Shown here piece by piece: positions 12,495 through 23,019 of a stretch of 64,000 bases of DNA. The DNA is from Mustelus asterias. Lineage: Eukaryota. Both the position numbers and the translations under genes were made by a program. Numbering within the stretch: the first letter of the stretch is position 1; every line of letters begins with the position of its first letter. The DNA is taken from contig NC_135808.1 in the NCBI RefSeq assembly GCF_964213995.1, forward strand, positions 24,614,001 through 24,678,000. Reading direction: 5' to 3'. The notes under the pieces were generated by a model. That model was given only the letters and a program-made list of their open reading frames with translations. It did no database searches and was not told where the DNA came from.

Positions 12495-13269
12495 TTGTTG
12501 CAAGTAAACAGGGCCTTGGTGAGGCCACACCTCGAATATTGTGTGCAGTTTTGGTCTCCTTTTCTGAGGAAGGATGTTCTTGCTCTCGAGGGAGTGCAGC
12601 AAAAGTTTACCAGGCTGATTCCGGGGATGGCGGGACTGATGTATGAGAAGAGATTGACTAGGTTAGGATTGTTTTCGCTGGAGTTCAGACGAATGAGGGG
12701 GGATCTCATAGAGACTTATAAAATTCTAACAGGACTAGAAAGGGTAAGTGCAGGGAGGATATTCCCAATGGTGGGGGAGTCCCAAACCAGGGATCACAGC
12801 CTGAGGATTCAGGGTGCATCATTTAGGATGGAGGTGAGGAGACATTTCTTCACCCAAAGTGTGGTGAGCCTGTGGAATTCATTACCACAGGAAGTAGCTG
12901 ATGCCAAAACATTGAATGTATTCAAGAGGCAACTGGATAAAGCACTTGGGGCGAATGGGATCAAAGGTTATGGAGAAAAAGCAGGATTCGGCTATTGAAT
13001 TGGATGATCAGCATGATTGTAATGAATGGCGGAGCAGACTCGAAAGGTCAAATGGCCTCCTCCTGCTCCTATCTTCTATGTTTCTGTGTTTCTATGGACC
13101 AATTCTTCCTGTTTCAGTCTTGCAGGTCCAAAATGCAGAGAGGTTACACTCAGATGAGGATTCTCTGGCAGCAGGTTGTGAACCAGACACAACTTGAGGC
13201 AAGGCAGAGAGAGAATCAGGTTGCGTTGCCTTCATTTTCCAACTTTTTTGCCCAGAGAGACTCGTGGAA

Positions 13270-13556
13270 TGGCTACAGTGCAGAAGAGGCCATTCAGCCC
13301 ATTGAACCTGCACCAACAACAATCCCATCCAGGCCCTATTCCTGTCACCCAACATATATACCCTGTTAAACCCCCTGACATTAAGGGGCAATTTAGCATC
13401 GCTAATCCACCTAACCAGCACATCTTTGGACTGTGGGAGGAAACCAGAGAACCCAGAGGAAACCCATGCAGACACAATCAGTCACCCAAAGGTGGAATTG
13501 AATCTGGCTCCCTGGCACGGTGAGGGAGCAGTGCTGACCGCTGTGCCATCATGGCA
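13270..13556 (-). mobile_element. tRNA-headed shark-type SINE (related copies ~9990-10095, 28300-28460, 29555-29870, 34835-35150, 35890-36176, 47785-48090, 49620-49895, 54578-54890)
   Basis: Head GGCACAGYGGTYAGCACTGCT...GGTTCAAT with A/B-box-like motifs and shared body GGTTTCCTCCCACAGTCC. Confidence 0.8.
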
Positions 13557-14520
13557 CCCCAATTCAATTCAAACCAGCAGTTTCAAAACTTAAAGTTTCT
13601 CCCTGCCGTGTGATTTCCAGAACACCACGAGACTTTGCTTTTCAGTTTTATTACCCAGCAATTAAAGTGAATCCAGTTCAAAACTAGCAAACAACTCTTC
13701 CTCAAGTACCATACAGGTCAGGTGAAGGCAGGCTGGCTCTCAGTCCAAGGAGTATTTATGGCCCTCTTTTGAGAAAAAAACTCCAAGTCAGTATCAACTA
13801 TCCGGACAGTGCAATATGTTTCCATGTTTTATGAAAGATATGCGTTTCCCAACACATTGAATTGTCCCAGTGTCATTCAGAAGTCCCTTATCTCCAATAA
13901 TATTCCAGCAAATCTCCTCTGCACCCTCTCTAATACGTTGATATTCCTCCTAAAACAGTATGACCAGAGGTGGGGTCAATTCTCCAGCTGGGATCTAATC
14001 AATATTTTATCAATGTTCAGCGTGACCTCCTTGCTTTTGTACTCTGTGCCTCTATTTATAAAGCAATGGGGTCCAGATGCTTCTTTCACAGTCTCATCAC
14101 ACCTTCCTGCCAGCCTCATACTCACTCAGGTCTCTCTGTTCCTGCAATCCCTTTATAACTGTACCATTCAGTTTACATTACCTCTGTACATTCTTCTGTT
14201 CAAACTGCATCACTTCAAATACTTCACTGGATTGTATTTCACCTGCCCTGTGTCTGCCCATTTCACCAACCTGTCTAATGGAACATTGATTGTGTCTGGA
14301 TGGGAGACAAAGTGATGGAAGTGAAGCTTCAGTTTCACAGAGTCTTTGTTCAGAGCCTGTCTGGAGTAACTGTGTTCAGTTCTGGACACCGCACCTCAGG
14401 AAGGGGAGATTGGTGTTGGAGAGGGTTCTGATCACCAGAATAATAAAAGGAGGTTAAATGAAAGGGGTTTTTATCCCCCAGAGTTTATCTGATTGGACAG
14501 TTCTCATTGAGGCAGTTTCT

Positions 14521-14583
14521 CAACCTGTTTGTGTCTATTCTGCCGGAGACTGATGACTCACTGAATCTCTTTATTCTGATTGG
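14521..14583 (+). promoter_or_regulatory. S-X1-X2-Y promoter module of gene B, plus an orphan Y box at 14489-14496
   Basis: CAACCTG (14521), GCCGGAGACTGATG-ACTCA (14542-14560), CTGATTGG (14576); 20-bp X1-to-Y spacing, as in MHC SXY modules. Confidence 0.8.
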
Positions 14584-14720
14584 TTTAAATCCTATTTTGT
14601 GTCCAATCAGATTGAGGCTCAGTGTAAACAGGGAAAGACAGAAGGAGTGAGTTGAGAAGATCACCTTTCTTTGAAAAAGAGTTTCCTCCAAATGTTTCCC
14701 CCAACATGAGGGAAGCAGCA

Positions 14721-17700
14721 ATGATTGGACTGATAGAGCTGGTCCTTCTGTGTGGAGAGGTGTCTGCAGGTGAGTGATGGGGTGTGAGAGGGGCAATGCC
14801 AGGCTGGGTAATGGGGCATTAACCCTGGGTCAGTGAGTGATGGGGTGTGAGAGAGGCAATGCCAGGCTGGGTGGAGGTCTTGCTCTCGGTTTGGAATCAG
14901 TGTTTGGGGTTCATGCCCTGATCTGTGTGTGTGTGTGTGTGTGTGTGTGAGGGTGTTGGTGTTTTTAGGGTGTCTATCCTGAATTCTCTCTCTCTCTATT
15001 TCAGGCTCTCACTCTCTCCGGTATTTCTTCACGGGAATGACTCCGATCCCGGGTTTCCCGGAGTTTGTGGTTGTCGGTTCTGTGGACGGTGTCCAGTTTG
15101 TTGTGTACGACAGCGATCGGAGGGAGCTGATCCCCCGGGAGCAGTGGATGGTGGAGAGCGAGGGTCGGGCAGCCTGGGAGCGGAAGAAGATCTTCGCACA
15201 GGAGCGGGCGATGCGTTTCAAACGTGCATTTCCACTGCTCATGTCCGACACCAACCAGACAGGAGGTGAGTGCTCACTCTCCCAGCACCCGGGGATCCAG
15301 GTGGGAATGAGGAGAAACCCAGAGTGGATCAGGAACCGAGAGCCAGAGGCTGATTGGCTGCGATTGGAGATGTGACAGGAAATGTGATTGGCTGTGAATG
15401 TGTGGAAGGATTGTTTCCAGGGAGGCTGCCTCTGATTGGCTGTGTGTGAGTGGAGGAGGTGGGGGGTGGGGGGGCGAGGGGCGGGAGCAGTTGACGGTGA
15501 TTGGCTGTTAGGATGAGATTGCCCAGTGAGACTGGTTCTGATTGGCTGTTTGTGTTTCTGATCCACAGGGATCCATGTCTGCCAGATAGTGACTGGCTGT
15601 GACCTGAGCGATGATGGGACCATGAGTGGATTCAGCCAGTACGGGTGGGATGGACATGATGTTCTCAGCTTCGACAAGGATCACATGGTGTGGGTGACCC
15701 CGGTCACATGGGGGAAGAGCATCAAAAACTGGTGCAACCGGCAGACTGGCAACATTCAGCAATGGAAACATTACCTGGAGGTGGAGTGTATCGAGTGGCT
15801 GAGAAAATACCTGGAGTATGGACAGAGAGAATTGAGAGTCTGTGAGTGAGGGGGGAGTGAGAGTCGGTGAGTGAGGGGGGAGTGAGAGTCGGTGAGTGAG
15901 GGGGGGAGTGAGAGTCGGTGAGTGAGGGGGGAGTGAGAGTCGGTGAGTGAGGGGGGAGTGAGTGAGAGGGGAGTGAGAGTCGGTGAGTGAGGGGGGAGTG
16001 AGAGTCGGTGAGTGAGGGGGGGAGCGAGTGTGGGGAGAGCGAGTGTGGGGGGGGTGAGTGTGAGCGAGGGTGGGGGGAGCGAGTGTGGGTGAGGGTGGGG
16101 GGAGCGAGTGTGGGCGAGTGTGGGGGGAGCGGGTGTGGGCGAGGGTGGCGGGCGGGTGTGGGCAAGGGTGGGGGGAGCGGGTGGGGGCGAGGGTGGGGGG
16201 GCGAGGGTGGGGGGAGCGAGAGTCGGTGAGTGAGGGGGGATTGAGAGTCGGTGAGTGAGGGGGGAGTGAGAGTCGGTGAGTGAGGGGGGAGTGAGAGTCG
16301 GTGAGTGAGGGGGGAGTGAGAGTTGGTGAAGGGGGTGATGCCGGGACTCTTATCTCGAGGTTCCTGTACTGACTCCTCTTTCTTTCTCTCTCAGTTGGCC
16401 CCGTCGTGTCCTTTACCCGTCTGGGTGATTCTAACCGGCTGTCCTGTGCCGTCATCGGGTTTTACCCTCAACCCATCGAGGTGAATCTGTGGAGAAACAG
16501 AGTGGTGATTGATGAGACTCTGTCCAGTGGGATCTTACCCAATCACGACAGCACCTACCAGATCCGGAAATGGGTAGAGTTTGATCCAGAGGACCAGGCC
16601 GAATATTCCTGTCGGGTGGAACACAGCGGGATGAAGGAGACACTGGTGGTGATTTACGGTAAGACTGTTTCTCACTGTTAGAGAGGACCCAGCCTCAGAC
16701 CAGGATCACAGGAGTGAGGGTCAGTGCTGAGCTGTCAACCCAGGATATCGAGAGAGGGAAATAAATATTATTCAATGCGTTATATATCATGGTTCCACAG
16801 TGCAACATGATACAGCGGATCATTGGATATTGGGATCGCACTGGGCCTGGTGTAACATTGGACACGAGTGTCGGTCTGGGCCTGGGGTATTCTGGGATAT
16901 TGCAGTATAGTGGGGCCCAGTGTATCCTGGGATATTGCAGCCTGTCAGGGCCTGGTGAATCCTGGGATATTACAGGAGGTTGGGCACCGTGGAATATCAG
17001 AGGATGGAGAGAGCCTGGTGTTTCCAAGAAACAATGCTTTTCACTGTGTCCCAATACATGTGACAATAATAAATCATATCAAATATTACAGTAGGACAGG
17101 ACCCAGTGCATCCTGGAAGTTTGCTTCAGTCAGATTAAGATCAGTATTCAGAGAAATAATGGAATTCCTTCTATTGGAGACAATTCATGAAAATCTAGAA
17201 TCAAATACTATAACAATGAATATTCAGCATGGATTTTGAAATGGAAAATCTTGTTTTACTCCACTTAGTGAATTTTTTGAGGATGTAACAGAGGGAATAG
17301 ACAATGGAAATGTAATAGATATAATATCATATAATTTTTTTAATGTAATAGAAAAGGGGGTTCGTGATGGACTGATTGACAAGGTGAAAGCATGTGGAGT
17401 TAGGGGATGAGTGACAGAATGGATCACTCACTGACTTTGGGAGAGAAAGCAGAGAGTGTGAGTAAAGGGTGTTTCAGAGTTACAGAAAGTGTTCCACAAG
17501 GATCAGTGCTGGGATCACCGCTGTTCACAACTTACACTCCATAACTTGGATATTGGAATCAAAAATACCATTTCTTAATTTGCAGATAACACCAAATTGG
17601 GGGAATTATTTGATATTGAGGAGAAGTGTATTAAATTAATAGGACATGAATAAACTTGAACAAATAGTTGGTGAATAAAGTTCAGCACAGATAAACGTGA

Positions 17701-19702
17701 AGTATTTTTCAGTTAATGATGAATAGGGAGGGTTGAGGAACAAAGGGATCTTGATGTACAAATACACCAATCAGTAAACATAGAGTTACAGGTTAGACAA
17801 TAAACAAAATACAATCGAAAACCAGGGTTGATTTCTCGAGGGATAGAATTGTAAAGTAGGGATTTTATTGCTAAACCTGCATCAAACCTTGGTTAGACCA
17901 CATTTAAAGACCGTGTGCAGTTCCGGTCACCATTTCATACAAAGGATATAGAGTCAGGGGAGAGAGTGTCGAGAAGATTTACAGAGATTATTCCAGAAAT
18001 GAGTGGGTGGACATCTCAGGAAAGGATTCACCGGCTGGGTCTCTGCTCTCGGGAAAACAGAAGGCTGAGGGTTGATTTAATCGAGGATTTAAAATTAGGG
18101 AAGTTTTTTTTATAGAGCGGACACATCGAGAGTGTTCCTCTTGTGGGAAGAGCATATCCAGTGGCCATCAATACAAGAAACCCAATGGGGAATTCATGAG
18201 AAACCTCTTCACCCAAAGAGTGATGAGAATGTGGAGCTCGCTGCTACAGGGAGTGGCTGAACTGAACAGTATAGTTTAAGGGGAGGATAGACAAGCAAAT
18301 GAGGGAGAGGGGAATAGAGTTAAAATGGTCGAATTAGATGAGGAATAATGGGAGGAGCCTCAGGTGGAACATTAACACCAGCATCAATAGATGGGCTGAA
18401 AGGCCATTTTCTATGTTGTATATCCTGTGTTTCCTGATTCACTCTCTCTCTGATTCACTCCCACATTTCTCTTTCTTTCTCTCTGATTCACTCTCTCATT
18501 CTGTCTCTCTGATCTTTCTCTGTCTCTCATTCTCTCTCTTCCTCACTCTTAGTTGCTCATCCTCTCTCTCATTCTCTCCCACTCGCTCACATTCTATTTC
18601 ACTCTGATTCTCACTTTTCCCTCTCCCTGATTCACTCAGTCTCTCTGATTCTCTCTCTCTAACAGAACCAAAGTCTCGCTCCCAGGTTGCTGTTACTGTC
18701 GGGATTGTGGTCGGGGTCCTCGTGCTCATCGCTCTCATCATTGTGGCTGTCGTCATCTACAACAAGAAAGGTAGGAATTGGAGGGAAAAGAGCGGTGGGT
18801 GAACTGTAGTGGATCCAGGCAGTCCGGGAGGCTGGAATTGATTCGTGCCATGACTAGCCTTTCGAATCATTTCATAATGATGGATGTCAGATCCACCGGA
18901 TGACAGCTCACTGGGGGCAGGGATTCTGGGAGAGTATTCCAGGGTGGCGGTGGCTCAGGCTGTGGGTCTCAGGTTGGTGTGGGGGTGGGGAGGGGGTGGG
19001 TGGGCGGGTGGAAGAGTTGCAGGGGTTGGGATAGGGACAGTAAGGGGCTCATGATAAAGGGGGAGTGTCTGAGAATTGTGGGAAGGGCCACAAATTGGAT
19101 GAGGACTTCAGCGTATCAGTGAGGGCTCGGGTAACAGTGAGGGTCTAGGGACAGGAACCGGAGTGTGGGTCCAGGGTCAGCGTGTGAGTGAGGGTCCAGG
19201 GTCAGGGTGGGAGTGAGGGTCTCTGGTTGTGGTGGGAGTGAGGGTTCAGAGTTGTGTTGTAGGGGCTCAGTGCGAGTGAGAGTTCCAGCCTCTGTCTCTG
19301 ATTTTCTCTCAGTCTCGTCTCTCACTGAGCATTCCATGTTTTACAGGGAGAGGGAAGAGCAACTACAATCCTGCAAATAGTAAGCTGATCATCAAACATT
19401 GTCCCTGTGCAACTGTGTACATGATTGTTCATTCTGTTTCAAATATAGTGTGTGCGTGTGCGTGTGCGTGCATCGTGCGTTTCTGTGTGGGTGTGTGGGC
19501 TTCTGTGTGTCGCCGTTAGTATGGGTGTGTGAGAACCTCTTTCTCTGTGTCTGTCTGTCTATGTCTCTCTCATTCTCTCATTATCATATCCACAGTCTCT
19601 GCCTCTGTCTCTCTGATGTTGAACAATGTTTTAACACCTCTTCTTCCTTTAACAGCTTCTGATGATGGGGATTCCTCATCCAGATCCTCCACAAGTACCT
19701 GA
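14721..19702 (+). CDS. MHC class I heavy chain gene B (nonclassical-type), complete, 343 aa: join(14721-14769,15005-15265,15569-15841,16395-16658,18666-18770,19347-19379,19656-19702); alternative in-frame ATG at 14706
   Basis: All introns GT-AG and phase 1; 1032 nt open. Leader [16 protein letters not shown], alpha1 GSHSLRYF...NQTG, alpha2 with C101/C164, C1-set alpha3 (GFYP, YSCRVEH), TM, Tyr-containing tail. Confidence 0.93.
15005..15265 (+). CDS. Gene B exon 2 (alpha1)
   Basis: [87 protein letters not shown]. Confidence 0.95.
15569..15841 (+). CDS. Gene B exon 3 (alpha2)
   Basis: GIHVCQIVTGCDLSDDG...[16 protein letters not shown]...KNWCNR...YLEVECIEWLRKYLEYGQRELRV. Confidence 0.95.
15842..16330 (+). 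repeat. 25-bp G-rich minisatellite (GTGAGTGAGGGGGGAGTGAGAGTCG)n in intron 3 of gene B
   Basis: Units start at 15842, 15867 and 15892; the middle of the array is degenerate. Confidence 0.95.
16395..16658 (+). CDS. Gene B exon 4 (alpha3, Ig C1-set)
   Basis: LSCAVIGFYPQPIEVNLWR...ILPNHDSTYQIRKW...YSCRVEHSG. Confidence 0.95.
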
Positions 19703-20497
19703 GGTATGAACTGTGTTGATAAATATTGGGAGCTGATCCTTCTAACTGGGATATTCCCGCTGGATTTAGCTGTACAATCTGGTGGGTGGGCTGTGAGCTC
19801 AGTGTCTGTCTCTCACTCTATAGTCACTAAAGAGCAGCTCATCCAATCCAACACTGAGCTTTGAGACTGGCCTTCTGGAGACGGCTGTTCCTGTACAGTC
19901 TGAGGGTGGAGACATTGTGTGTTTTAACCTGTAGAGACATCCGGAAACATCTCACCCTGGACAGCCTCCTCTGAGCTGCTCAATTTCCTGAAGGAATTTG
20001 TAACTCCCAGACTTTTCCCTGAAGTTGGTCACTGAGCTGTGCCGCTCCCACAGGTTTTTATTTTAGTCGTGTTTTGTGATTTGTCTGATCATTAGCTGGA
20101 TGTTTGGGGTGTACAGTAGAGTTTAGGAGTTAAGCTGGTGATTGGTGGTCTGATGGGTTTAGCTGGTGTTTGGTGCTCTATTGGGTTTAGCTGGTGTTTG
20201 CGGCTCTGATGAGTTTAACTGATGTTAAGGAGTCTGATGGGTTTAGCTGGTGTTTGGGGATCTGATGGGTTTAGCTGGTGTTTGGGGGTCTGATGGGTTT
20301 AACTGATGTTAAGGAGTCTGATGGGTTTAGCTGGTGTTTGGGGATCTGATGGGTTTAGCTGGTGTTTGGGGGTCTGATGGGTTTAACTGATGTTAAGGAG
20401 TCTGATGGGTTTTGCTGGTGTTTGGGTATCTGATGGGTTTTGCTGGTGTTTGGGGATCTGATGGGTTTTGCTGGTGTTTGGGGGTCTGATGGGTTTT

Positions 20498-22588
20498 AAG
20501 AAGAAAGAATAAAGAGCAATACAGCACAGGAACAGGCCCTTCGGCCCTCCAAGCCCGTGCCGCTCCCTGGTCCAAACTCGACCATTCTTTTCTATCCCTC
20601 CATTCCCACTCCGTTCATATGGCTATCTAGATAAGTCTTAAACATTCCCAGTGTGTCCGCCTCCACCACCTTGCCTGGCAGCGCATTCCAGGCCCCCACC
20701 ACCCTCTGTGTAAAATATGTCCTTCTGATATCTGTGTTAAACCTCCCCCCCTGCCTTCACCTTGAACCTATAACCCCTCGTGAACGTCACCACCGACCTG
20801 GGGAAAAGCTTCCCACCGTTCACCCTATCTATGCCTTTCATAATTTTATACACCTCTATTAAGTCTCCCCTCATCCTCCGTCTTTCCAGGGAGAACAACC
20901 CCAGTTTACCCAATCTCTCCTCATAACTAAGCCCCTCCATACCAGGCAACATCCTGGTAAACCTCCTCTGCAGGCTCTCCAAAGCCTCCACGTCCTTCTG
21001 GTAGTGTAGTGTGGCGACCAGAACGGGACGCAGTATTCCAAATGTGGCCGAACCAACGTTCTATACATCTGCAACATCAGACGCCAACTTTTATACTCTA
21101 TGCCCCGTCCTATAAAGGCAAGCATGCCATATGCCTTCTTCACCACCTTCTCCACCTGTGACGTCACCTTCAAGGATCTGTGGACTTGCACACCCAGGTC
21201 CCTCTGCGTATCTACACCCTTTATGGTTCTGCCATTTATCGTATAGCTCCTCCCTACATTATTTCTACCAAAATGCGTCACTTCGCATTCATCAGGATTG
21301 AACTCCATCTGCCATTTCTTGGCCCAAATTTCCAGCCTATCTATATCCTTCTGTTGCTTCTGACAATGCTCCTCACTATCTGCAAGTCCTGCCAACTTTG
21401 TGTCGTCCGCAAACTTACTGATCACCCCAGTTACACCTTCTTCCAGATCGTTTATATAAATCACAAACAGCAGAGGTCCCAATACAGAGCCCTGCCGAAC
21501 ACCACTAGTCACAGGCCTCCAGCCAGAAAAAGACCCTTCCACTACCACCCTCTGTCTTCTGTGACCAAGCCAGTTCTCCACCCATCTAGCCACCGCCCCC
21601 TTTATCCCATGAGATCCAACCTTTTTCACCAGCCTATCATGAGGGATTTTTTTAAACGCTTTACTAAAGTCCATATAGACCACATCCACGGCCCTTCCCT
21701 CGTCAACCATTCTGGTCACTCCTTCAAAAAACTCCACCAGGTTAGTGAGGCATGACCTCCCTCTCACAAAACCATGCTGACTATCATTAATGAGTTTATT
21801 CCTTTCTAAATGCGCATACATACTATCTCTAAGAATCTTCTCCAACAACTTCCCCACCACGGACGTCAAGCTCACCGGCCTATAGTTACCCGAGTTATCC
21901 TTCCTACCCTTCTTAAATAATGGGACCACATTAGCTATCCTCCAATCCTCTGGGACCTCACCTGCGTCCAGTGACGAGACAAAGATTTTCGTCAGAGGCC
22001 CAGCGATTTCATCTCTTGTCTCCCTGAGCAGCCTTGGATAGATTCCATCAGGCCCTGGGGATTTGTCTGTCTTTATATTCTCCAACAAACCTCACACTTC
22101 CTCCCTTATAATGGAGATTTTCTCAAACGGTTCAACATTCCGCTCCGAGACACTCCCAGTCAACACATCCCTCTCCTTTGTGAATACCGACGCAAAGTAT
22201 TCATTTAGGATCTCCCCTACTTCTTTGGGCTCCAAGCATAATTCCCCACTTTTGTCCCTGAGAGGTCCGATTTTTTTCCTGACAACCCTTTTGTTCCTAA
22301 CGTATGAATAAAATGCCTTGGGATTCTCCTTAATCCTGTCTGCCAAGGACATTTCGTGACCCCTTTTTGCCCTTATAATTCCCCGTTTGAGTTCTTTCCT
22401 ACTTTCTTTGTACTCCTCCAGAGCTCCCTCCGTTTTTAGCTACCTGGACCTAACATACGCCTCTCTTTTCTTTTTGACCAGTCCCTCAATTTCCCTGGTT
22501 ATCCACGGTTCTCGAATCCTACCCTTCCTATCCTTTTTTACAGGCACATGCCTGTCCTGTAGCCCTAACAACTGTTCCTTAAAAGACT
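20498..22588 (-). mobile_element. Relatively young 5'-truncated CR1 LINE with a 405-aa RT ORF (20871-22088), specific to unit B
   Basis: KSPGPDG, NYRPVSLTS, SQHGF, DFSKAF, QGSVLGP and FADDTK motifs. Confidence 0.95.
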
Positions 22589-23019
22589 GGTGTTTGGGGC
22601 TCCGATGGGTTTTGCTGGTGTTTGGGGGTCAGATGGATTTTGCTGGTGTTTGGGGTCTGATGGGATTGGCTGGTGTTTGGGGCTCTGATGGTTTTTGCTG
22701 GTGTTTGGAATTATGATGGGTTTAACTGGTGTTTGGGGCTCTGATGGGTTCAGCGGGTGTTTGGGGCTCCGATGGGTTTAGCTGGTGTTTGGGGCTCTGA
22801 TGGGTTTAGCTGGTGTTTGGGGATCTGATGGGTTTTGCTGGTGTTTGGGGCTGTGATGGGTTTAGCTGGTGTTTGGGGCTCTGATGGGTTTAGCTGGTGT
22901 TTGGGGGTCTGATGGGTTTTGCTGGTGTTTGGGGCTCTTGTGCGTTTAGCTGGTGTTTTGGGGGTTTGATGGGTTTTGCTGGTGTTTGGGGGTCTGATGG
23001 GTTTTGCTGGTGTTTGTGG

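Larger units (their letters stand above)
10900..13095 (+). mobile_element. CR1 LINE 3' portion (10900-11242 and 12495-13095) split by a Penelope insertion
   Basis: [26 protein letters not shown] and LWNSLP motifs; (TTTCTATG)n-like tail near 13075-13095. Confidence 0.9.

Noticed and set aside
15508-16455. 315-aa Pro/His/Thr-rich minus-strand ORF (similar ORFs at 34128-34535 and 60771-61229)
   Set aside because: Translation of the C-rich strand of the 25-bp minisatellite.
14721-19702. Assigning a gene symbol (UAA, UBA etc.) or a species
   Set aside because: Lineage needs phylogeny; anchor loss argues against classical UAA, but I cannot tell which nonclassical lineage applies.
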